DNA from: Lenisia limosa
Taxonomy: Eukaryota; Protista; Breviatea
Direction: 5' to 3'
DNA length: 43,588 nt
NCBI GenBank assembly: GCA_001655205.1
Contig: LPNZ01003227.1
Span: 1 to 43,588 of the forward strand
The position numbers and the translations under genes are program-made. The notes under the pieces are model-generated. The model had not been told where the DNA came from and searched no databases. It was given only the letters and a program-made list of their open reading frames with translations. Shown here piece after piece: positions 11,701 through 21,305 of this stretch. The stretch's first letter is position 1. Each line of letters starts with the position of its first letter.

Positions 11701-12997
11701 CTGTGAGCACTTTTGGGGGAGGTTTGTCACCTTTCAGTGTTGTTCTTCCGACGTATGTTCCAACGGTTGAGAGACGAGCGGACCTACACCTCCACCATGC
11801 TTCTTATGATTCCGCAGCAGACGATCCAAGAGGTTAGTGCCTCTTCATCAGACGAAATTCATGGTTTAGGTTGCTGAGATTCGGCAATATTTCGAAAACG
11901 GCATGATTAAGGTTGGCTCCACACTCAGTTCAAATATTCTGCCGAACTGCCAATGTTCACGTAACTTTTTAGCAACGTGATGTTGAACAAAAACTGATCG
12001 AGAAAGTTCCCATGTTCGCTAACTCGTCACCAAAGTTTACTTCGGCGCTTGCTTCGAAACTCAAAATCAAAGTAGGAGGACAACAATGGAGGTGTGGCTT
12101 ACTTTTTCAGGTTTATCCTTCGAATATGAACATTATCATATGCTTCAGGTTTATCCTTCGAATATGAACATTATCACATGCTTCAGGTTTATCCTTCGAA
12201 TATGAACATTATCACATGCTTCAGGTTTATCCTTCGAATTTGAACATTATCACATGCTTCAGGTTTATCCTTCGAATATGAACATTATCACATGCTTCAG
12301 GTTTATCCTTCGAATATGAACATTATCACTTGCGGCGAAATCGGAGACGCTATGTACTTCTTGGTCAAGGGCTTTGTTGAAGTGGAATTACCAAATGGAA
12401 TTGGTAAGCGTTTTAGAGTTAGGGACAATAATGTTCCAGTTGTGGCTACTATGCAGCCTGGAGCCTTCTTCGGAGAAATCGCCTTGTTGACAGGGTCTCC
12501 TCGAACGGCCACAATCCGAACAAAAATGATCAGTGACGTGTTGGTGTTGTCGCGCTCTCACTTTAACAAAGTGCTCAAGAAGTTCCCACAGCATCATGAA
12601 GGTTTGTTTCATACTGAAAGTTATGTTTTGACCTCTGCAGAGTTCACTCAAATTGCAAATGAGTACAAAATCAGAGACATCAAGAAGAAGGAAGAGGAAG
12701 ACAAAAAGAAACAGGATGCAGAAGAAAAACGACTGAAAGAAGAGCAGGAAAGAGAAGAGTTGAAGAAAAAGCATGAAGAAGAGAGGGCTGCCCAGGGTCT
12801 CCCCCCGAAGAAGGCAACAATCGGTGGAGAAGTAGGTCCTTTTGGTGCTGGTCCAAATGACGCTCAAGGTTGAGATCCCGATCTCCCCAAGCATGACTCC
12901 AGTTCCTTCTGCTGTCAATGTGGACAACCAGGAGGATTTCAGCGAAGAAGAAGAAATCGAAGATGACAACGATGAGGAATATGAGGAGGAAGAGTAG
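5761..12997 (+). CDS. TmcB/TmcC (tiny macrocysts)-like large multipass membrane protein with a C-terminal cyclic-nucleotide-binding domain
   Basis: Spliced model: MASISGT...LEE|GMFSVLYTM; VFPLRALR; LYIPVSKLLLVCLKC; FPDAKCW; NPLARSSGRLD; MPYYVTRTN; SETDIDVACRL; YEEGCKLFKSSAWVRIIYSHFL; DCRFFIFMREK; VEFQSNYE; IRLFWTTLL; HPNNRSLLRKYAHFL; ERTAVLQLFLAIPKKVV; RDERTYTSTMLLMIP. These match my recollection of the TmcB-like family pattern. A CNBD follows (KVPMF...GEIGDAMYFLVKGFVEV...GAFFGEIALLTGSPRTATI) with a KE-rich and acidic tail. Over 25 short introns; one N-gap. Confidence 0.82.
12106..12333 (+). repeat. Tandem array of 6 x 38 bp spanning an intron/exon junction
   Basis: Unit ttcaggtttatccttcgaatatgaacattatcac(a/t)tgc, period 38. 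Single substitutions in copies 1 and 4; the last copy (cacttgc) is the coding one. Confidence 0.97.
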
Positions 12998-13351
12998 GTG
13001 CTTCTTTCTTTTGGGTTTTGCTTTTTCCAGTATTTTTGACGGCTTTCAGAGTCACGCCTACTCCACCGCGGAAAATAAGAAGAAATTCGTAGGCTTAGAT
13101 CCAACAGGGCCTATTCGGATGGTTATGTTCTCACATCTCAGCCCGCCACCCCCCAGCCGCGGCCGCCTTGATCCTGTTGCCTCGTCACATTCCAACAATC
13201 TCAGAAAACCAGCGCTGCCAAAGTTTGTCCAGACTGTTTTTTTTTTCCTCTTTTTTTTTTTTTTCACTTTTTAGAATCAGTAAGCGAGACCANNNNNNNN
13301 NNNNNNNNNNNNNNNNNNNNNNNNNNNNNNNNNNNNNNNNNNNNNNNNNNN

Positions 13352-13967
13352 GATCAGCGAATAACACCACCGACGATGGTAAACAGCTCTATGGCTCAAC
13401 TTATTCTTTTAGACGATAACAAGCACGACACACATCCCATCAACTATCGAACACGGTTTGTCCTTCTGACAGTCTTCTTACATTGAAGAGAGTCAAGAGA
13501 ATCGCTCCATTCGCGACACTCCCGGAGATCTCGAACAATGTCAAGGTCGTCAGCTCTCTCGAGTCGAAGCCCTTCCCCAAGTGGTTCCGAACAGACTTTT
13601 GACTCCAACAACAACTCACCGTATGCCAGTGGTTGTTCTCTTTATTTTACGGGACAGACGTCAAATGTCAAGCGTGAACCCTCCGTTCAAGTCGTTCAGC
13701 ACTGCACCGACGCCCAAATCTGACGGCAAAACTGAGGTAGTCAGCTCTCCCGTTAATTTTATCCCGGCCTCTTCGTTGTTGACGGTTCAGGCTGTTACGC
13801 TTGATATGGCGCTCCTGAACAACGCTTTTGACGAGCTGCCGCGATCCAACAGCAGCACCACGGGATTGTTGGTTTCTCATTGTTCCTCACCCTCCAGACC
13901 GTCGCATGTTGGTAAACAGTTGACGGCGCGTTCGGTGAGGAATTCGCCAAAGAATTCGCCAAGATAG
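13352..13967 (+). CDS. Ser/Arg-rich, probably disordered hypothetical protein (3' part; 5' end in or before the N-gap, possibly ATG 13119)
   Basis: Four successive GT-AG introns keep one frame open: ANNTTDD|DDNKHD...RT|RESRESLHSR...NNNS|PRQMSSV...KTE|AVTLDMALL...NSPKNSPR*. No family recognised. Confidence 0.6.
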
Positions 13968-14129
13968 GAGGTATTGTAGGTTTATGTGGTATTATTGCTG
14001 TCCTCTGTGTGAGAGGCTTAATGAGTCATTGTTGTAATATATCTTACTTGAATTATTTAAACAACCACCGTTATGAATTGTACTTTTAAACTATCTACTT
14101 TACAATTGACCTGGAACCATGGTAGTACT

Positions 14130-17100
14130 CTACACTACTTTTTCTTCTCTCTTGGCTTGCTGGGTTTCTTCTCCTTCTGTTTCTCCTTTTCCTCCTCTTC
14201 ACTGTCGTCACTCTCTTCTTCATCATCCCTGAGAAAGTTATGCGAAAGTAAAGAACCTACGATTCCCCTTCTCCTCCTGAAGGCAATTTCTTCGGCTTGG
14301 CTTTAGTTTTTTTCTTAATAGTGCTGTCGCTGAAGTGTGTTGCATGGGAAGTTGAATTGTACCTGAAAGGATGAGTGCTTAGAACTGATCATCTTACGTT
14401 CTCGTAAGCTTGGATTTGACAGCTGTTTTGATGGCAGGCTTGGCCGTCTAAAGATTAATCCCTCTGACAGATTTAACAAACTTGTGACAGTCCCACAGCA
14501 GAGAAATCTGTTTTCCACTGAGTCAATTCGATGATTTGGTCCAAATGTTCCCTTGTCAAGTCATACTTCTCCAAAAGGCGCACCACTTCTGCAACACCAT
14601 CCTGAACTTTGAGCAGCCCGTCATTGTCCCTACCTTCTCATTTTGCTCCAGAGGCTCTGTTAGTTCCTTACAGAGTGTGGGAAGGAAGTTTCGAGTTGCT
14701 TCAACTGAATAGTTAACAGAAAAAAGTCCTCACCTCCTGGAGGAAAATTGCAGGAGGACCTGAGACGATGGCTGATGTCCTGGAGTATTCTCTCATTCTT
14801 GTTCTTCGTTGATAACTTGCCAAAGAAGCTTGGGAATTGTACACGACCTCCTTGAACATACCCTGAAATAATTCGACCAGGTGCTGCGCATGACATCACC
14901 TGAATCGTCATCAAGTACTTGTTAACCCATATCCACTGGGGTACCATCATATGACCGACTTTGACGTCGAAATGATGAACTAAATTAATACGAGGGTTCA
15001 TCCCGAGTGTGCGGGCGAGGCGTGTCCGTCAATTATCATACGAGTGGTTATGAGATATCATATCAATGCGTGGAAAATGATCCAAAAAGTGATATGATGT
15101 ACCATCACTCTAGTCCATAATCTCCTCAAGAGCAAACAATACAGTGAGGTTTACAAAATTTATACTACACACTTACTATATGTCATACAATAATTAATTT
15201 ACCTCCAAAAAAATGAAATCAAACAAACAGCATGGGAAGGCATGAGGCTGAAGTTCATTTGTTGGCGCATTGTGTTGTCGATTCGGGCACCACATAAGGC
15301 ATATTCTTGAGCCTGATAATGAGTAGTTACCCATTTGCACCGTCACTCAAGGACCAACCTGGATGAGTAGTTCGTTTCGCTGGTTTTCGTCACGACAGCC
15401 CGACGGCATCACCTTTGTCAAGTTCTCCTGAAACATATGAGAAGCAAAACCCTCGTAAAAGCCACTCCCCTCGAGACCCTCGAGACCCACGGTGACAAAG
15501 AGCGGGATCATGGAGTTGTCCACGAAGTACGCGTCCATCAGCGCATCGATCGTCTGGGGCCCGCGACTTGACCATTAAAATTGCGTGGCTCTTACCCTTG
15601 AAGAATTCTATCAACAGCAGGGAAGACCGTAAGGAACTCGTTTTTCTTGTTGGTCTCCAATTTGGCTTGTACATCATCGTAGCCCATTTTCGAAGAAGAC
15701 ACGCGCCACATTTGCATCATATTCAAGGCCTGGCGGATATCGGCTGAACCGTGACGTTTAATATAACAAACCATTAGAGGCGGTGACAATAGTCTCCAGC
15801 GCATTGTCATCGACTGAAAGGCCTTCGTTGTTGGCCACTTCTCTCAGTCGTCTTGCAATCACTACAGCTGGCGTTCTTTGATGTAATTCAACAGCGTGGC
15901 CAACCTTTGGAATTTCAGCTCCAAGCTAACCCCAAGAAGAGGTCTAAGTTTTGGACCAGTGTCATTGGCAATGCAGATAACAGGAACCTGGGGGTGAGTT
16001 TTAGCGAAGGGCAGTACCTTTGATGCTTTAATAATCTGCAGCAATTCTTTCATTCCTCCTCGATCTTGATTTCCACTCATTCCATCAACTTCGTCCATTA
16101 TAACAAGTGTCTTTTTCTAAAACAATATTAAGCAAAAAGAAACCCTCCAAAATCTCATTAGACTCACCTTTTCCTTATTCGGTCCTGAACTTCCATAGAA
16201 CTCAAGCATTGAACGCGAAGCTGTCATTTCAGACACCTGTCGTCAGAAATGACATAGCATAATTGGCCTACGATTTGTTTGAGCGAAGCCGTGCTACGAG
16301 TATCACTTGCGTTGAGCTCACGAGGGTCATATCCACACTCCACGGCAATGAGTTTCGCTGTTGTTGTTTTACCAATACCGGGCGGTCCATGAATAAGTGC
16401 TGCTTGGAACGGGCCCGTTTTGGCCATTTTGCCTAGTGGTTTTAGTTACGGAGCAGATGACTCACCTTTTGCTTCGGCTGTGTAGGTGGACTTCCCCTTT
16501 TGCCAGCCTCTGATCCATTCTTTGAGCAACTTGACCTTGCCAGGGTTACCGATCACGTCAGAAGCCTTGGTTGGTGCATAACGATCCGTCCACAAACCAG
16601 CTAAAACGGGTAAATCCAGAAATCAGTACCTTCAGGGTTGCCTGGTTTGGCCTTCTTTCCAGTTGACTCAAATTGAGCTGTTGGAGATGGCGCAGTCTGT
16701 GAAGTAACTTTCTGTAACACAGCTGTTCATTCCCCAAAAATATCGCCCAAGCCCCGCCTGATTAGACACAGGAACAAGCCCCACCTGATTAGACACAGGA
16801 ACAAATGCCCTGTTTTGGAACCTGGATTCATGAGGAGGATGAAAGAGAAGTCGTGGCAAAAACATCGTCAAAAGTGCCCTTACTTAGCAAAAGAGGAAAC
16901 CGGGGTAGAGGATGAAGATGGGGTAGCGGAGGGGGTGGAGGGGGTGCCCGCTGGCTTTGCGGTGGTAGGCCTAAAGATTAAACAGGTCACAGGATAGCCC
17001 TACGCTTGATTGGGAAAATGGTGCTGAATATTGCCTAAAATAGTGAAAAAAACACGACAAAGAAGGATTACCCTTGGACTTGGAGATGACCAGTTGGAAA

Positions 17101-19567
17101 AGATCTTCCTCGGATTTCAGTGCCTGGGTGCAAGACTGAGTGGCAAGTTGTTCCATTTTCTTTGGTCCAGGGTCTGCTCCAACAACTAAGCTGTTTAGAG
17201 GTGTCCTGATAAAAAAAATCCAAGGGTGTGCCCAAATACCAAGATAGGAGAGCTTCTTGGTCATTGATCCAGTTACTTTGCTAAACTGTTACGAGAACTA
17301 AAACTGCATACCCTCCATGTCTTTCAATAAAGCGCTTGAACATTTCTTTGTCCAAGGATTCAAGAACTCCAGTATTGTAAAACGAAAGCCCCTTGAGAGT
17401 AAAAGTTGCAACAAGTCGTCAAACCTTGAGACAACTTGGGTCGCCTCGTGGGATTTCCTTTTGGCCAAGAAGAGGAGGGGCGCCGCGTGCCATGAAGGCG
17501 CGGAAGCCTGTGTTCTTTTTCTGTCCCGGAGAGGCGGGCTCTGAAGACGCCGCCGCACTGCAAAGTCAAAATGTCTCCCTTGGCGTTCCCCCTTGTGAAA
17601 AAGGAGCTAACCTAGTTGGTTTGGCGGCGGCAACGGGCGGCGGCGGTGGGACGGTCTTTGGTCTGAAACAGTCATTACAACCGAAAATCCTTACTGCACA
17701 GGTGCGGCTCTCTTTGCAGATCGCCTCTTCTTCTCTTCCTCCTCTTTTTTAGCTCTCTCCCTTCTCAGTACCTCCCTCTTCTCTCTCTCCTTTCGATCTT
17801 CCTCTTCTGAAACAGTTAGTAATCCGCTGGTAACAAAACCGATACCCACCTTGTGCCTTTCGTTTTGCCTTCAATTCGGACTCTCTTTGAGCATTTTCTC
17901 TTTCCTGCTTCTTATTTTCCTCCTGCTGTCTCCATTCATCCTCATCCTGTTGCATTTGAAGAGCGATTGCTGCGTCTGCTTCCTCGTTTGCCTGTCGGAT
18001 TTGTTCCTTTTCCTTCTCTTCCCGAGCAAGCCGCTCTGCCTCTTCACGCTTCTTCTTTATGGCCATGTTTTTGGCTTCCAAACGGGCCCTCTTCTGCTCA
18101 CGGTGTTCTTTTTCTTCACCTGTCTCAACTCTTGGCCTTGCACGAGACTTTTCACGCTCTTCTTGGGCCCTCTCAAATTCTTCTTCCGCTTTCTTCTCTT
18201 CCAATATTTGTTTTTCACGCTCACGCTCAAGCTGCTTACGTGCCTGCGCATCTTCAGCCGCTTTCCTTGCTTCTTCTCTCTCAGAAATCCGTTTTTGATG
18301 CTTCTAAACTCATGATATAACTTGTTAAACCAACAGTCAACATATAGCTAAAGTCTTTGTCATATATCTACATAATTATTTGTATAGTGTACATAATACA
18401 TATAATTATATACTATATATCATCGATATGTATACATATGATTGATATATATCACTATATCATATGATGTAGAAATAATGGATTATATATAGTAGCAATG
18501 AAAAATAAAGATATATCTGGCCGAAACCGTCCACACCACGCTTATGATTGATATTGGATTATAGTATAATATTAATTCACCCAACCATTTGCCTTACAAC
18601 TCTGCACATGATAATATGGTGATATCATATAAGATACTTCGGGTACTATTTTACCAATAAATAGCGTTTATAAAAGAAGATATGTAGAATAAGGTCTATA
18701 GTAAATGTTTAAATGTCTTTGTATCTGACAATATGCAAAATCAGCCCAACTAAAATTCTAGAATTACAAATTTTTCATTATTTTGTCTCACACTCAACAA
18801 AAGACCCACCTTTTCCCTTGCCTCAACAGCCTTAGGGTCCAGCGGCTGTGATTCAAACACCGAAGATGTCGACTTTGACGGTCTAAATGCATCAGAAACA
18901 TCAGCACCAACTTAAAGAATGACATGATGTTGGCACCCGCTGGTTTGACAGGCTTAACCGTTTTGGCGGGTCGTCCTTTTTTCATCTCCNNNNNNNNNNN
19001 NNNNNNNNNNNNNNNNNNNNNNNNNNNNNNNNNNNNNNNNNNNNNNNTCGGTCAAGCCGATATCAACTTACGTGGTGGCTGGATATGGTGGGTAGGTAAC
19101 ACGGAGCTTTCCTCCTCAATGGGGTCGAAGTCACTACAACATGAGACCTTAACCCAACCTTACGGCTCTAGCACGTCATTGACGTCTGGTGCCGGTCTAC
19201 ACTCCGTGGCCACTGGTCTGAAAACGTAACATACATACACAAGGCAAATATTTCGGTAAAACAAAATCCAAAGGAAATAATCAAATAAAACTTTTACAAA
19301 CTTCTTCACTCTTGACTTCGCTCGAGCCTAGAGGGTCAAAGGGAAACGGAAGGGAAATTCCAAACCTTTGCTGCGAGTTTCAGATTAGGAATTTCAGAAG
19401 GATTCAACTCTATAGAACAAGGTTAAGAGGATAGAAGAGCTTAAGAAAGGAATACAATGACGATGCTTACTGGCTTTTGAAGCATCTTTGCCGCTAAAAA
19501 ATCCAGATGTCTTCTAAAAATGGTAAATATAGCCTTAGATACAAGAAAAACTCACTGCGCTATTCAT
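14130..19567 (-). CDS. RFC1: Replication factor C subunit 1 (BRCT, AAA+ and C-terminal domains) with a long charged N-terminal region; start tentative
   Basis: BRCT: GQKEIPRGDPSCLKGLSFYNTGVLESL...ERHGGKVTGSMTKKLSYLVVGADPGPKK. Then LWTDRYAP, Walker A GPPGIGKTT, ELNASDTRS, Walker B IMDEVDGMSGNQDRGG, VICIAND, ADIRQALN, YFVDNSMIPLF, VQFPSFFGKLS, KSKLTRTYN and an acidic tail. Confidence 0.95.
14992..15095 (+). repeat. Dispersed repeat family A, copy 2, inside the 329-nt RFC1 intron 14900-15228
   Basis: gagggttcatcccgagtgtg, atgagatatcatatcaatgcgtggaaa and gatccaaaaagtgatat are collinear with 1506-1640. Confidence 0.85.
16748..16801 (-). repeat. 2 x 27-bp tandem duplication spanning an RFC1 5' splice site
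   Basis: caagcccc(g/a)cctgattagacacaggaa twice; on the minus strand one copy reads cag|gtgggg and the other cag|gcgggg. Confidence 0.9.
18498..18599 (+). repeat. Dispersed repeat family B, copy 1, inside the 489-nt AT-rich RFC1 intron 18321-18809
   Basis: Aligns with 28155-28258 (atg..aataaa...tatctg.cc.aa.cc...cacgcttat...gatattggatta...atattaatt.accca.ccatttgc.ttacaa). Confidence 0.88.
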
Positions 19568-19687
19568 TCTATCTTATATAAGTCTAGGCTTCCATATCCA
19601 AAACTTCCTGTATTCTTGATTTTGATCGTCTTCTTCTCTTACCAGTCTCTAACTTAATTTATTTTAATAACTCAACAAATGCAACAT

Positions 19688-20112
19688 TTAGGAGGTGTAT
19701 AGATATTATATATGGGGGGGCGCGGGTCCGAATCTCAGTTCATGAAGTCCACGTCATCGATTTTCAAATTCCAACCTTCAATATTGCTGAATGCTGGATT
19801 TTACCTGTATCAAACTCGGAAAGGTGTTATCATCATAATTTGAGTGAAATTTTCAAGTAAAAGTGACCATGCAAAAAATATACTGGGCTTGGACGCTTTA
19901 TTTCAACAGATCCTCTTCAGCAGCAATCCAATAGCGCTTCTTATTATATTATTATATGACACATTAATATAATAAACAAAACAAACTGTCTCAAGTAAAA
20001 GTCAAGTGGTTGACATTTGTTGCCAAAATTCTGATTTGGATGACGTGGACTTCGTGTACAATTATTTTTTGAAAAAATGATGACCCGCCCCCCCTTCTTT
20101 ACACCCGACTAG
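19688..20112. mobile_element. Degenerate MITE/foldback-like element with long imperfect terminal inverted repeats
   Basis: A perfect 15-bp IR gaagtccacgtcatc (19744-19758) / gatgacgtggacttc (20039-20053) is flanked by G7cgcgggtc / gacccgC7 and by taggaggtgta / tacacccgacta. No ORF and no clear target-site duplication. Confidence 0.65.
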
Positions 20113-21305
20113 GCAAACCGGAAAAACCTGGAATCGCGCTTTATCACACTTTATCGTCAACTTTTGCTGAAAAGGCAGGTGGGTTACCCGCGGGTATGAG
20201 ATTTTTGCCTGGGAAAGCCAAAACTGTGCATGTGGGGTAACATTGTTCTTTAGCTCTAAGAGCTTCCCCGAGACTTGGACGGACTGGACCTAAGAGCGCC
20301 AGATGCCCTTTTAGAGAGAGAATATTGCTTTCATCTAAATGTGCCTCTCACCTTCTTCTTTTACATTTCGGCTTGTGATGATATAATAACGTCTTGTGAC
20401 AAATTTTACAAATGATAGCCCCATGACTTTAGACCAATAATCATTTAGAAGCAACCCTTGTGTCCAATTCTGCACCTAAATCATCGTTTGAAATGAACTA
20501 CAACATTGTTTTCAGACCAGATTGAACGAACAAATTTCAACAATATGGAAAATACTAATTATGCATCAGGCTACCTTTCATTAAGGTCAAAAACAAGCCA
20601 AGGTTGATAAACAGTTACAACTAGTGGTGAAAAGAAGCTGGTCAGTGTGCAGCTTCAATAGATGCCCCTCCAATCTACGATACAATGAATGACCAAATGA
20701 CCCGTCAAGAAAAATAAGATAATAGAACAGAAGGGGAAAAAACTTTTAAAAAAACACAAAAATCTAATGAGACAGTAGGAAAAAAAGACCATTTCAAAGA
20801 CAGTCACCCACTTCATTCATAAAGTAAATAGCACTCACATCAAGGGGGGAAGGCTGAGGGTTCTTCAAAAAAGCCAGAGCAGCAAGTCTAGAACCTTTCT
20901 TCTTTCACATATCCTCCTATTGACTTTAAAAACATCACATAAAGCTTACCTGACAGGTAATAAACGGTTACTGGAGGAAAACTGCATAAGTCCTTGACAA
21001 CAAAAATGATATAGTTCCTTCAAATATTATAATACCTTGCTTCCTGTCGGATTTTATTAACTTCTATATTATATTACACATTATATTAAAAGCCGTCATA
21101 CTTTAAAAGAGATTGTAATGCAAAATCCCCCCAAATAAGCCTGTTTTTACACGGGTCCAAGATCTTTATATCTTTCTCCAGCCTTGCTGCTAGCCTTTCA
21201 GGCTGCTCTCAGGCTCTCAGAAGATTTGTAACTGTATTATTTTGTACTACGACAGTTGATTATTTGTTCACATTTTGGAGTTTTGTATAACTTTTTTTCT
21301 TAACA

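Noticed and set aside
12106-12333. CRISPR array
   Set aside because: The repeats abut with no spacers, the unit is exon sequence of a eukaryotic gene, and no cas genes are present.
11970-12640. Cyclic-nucleotide-gated ion channel call from the CNBD
   Set aside because: No S4 arginine repeat or GYG/pore motif upstream; the upstream exons match the TmcB-like pattern instead.
15464-15490. 9-bp tandem ccctcgaga x2 and other tiny duplications (13940-13963, 24112-24131, 26381-26416)
   Set aside because: Ordinary short slippage repeats that lie wholly within an intron or in frame, not across junctions.
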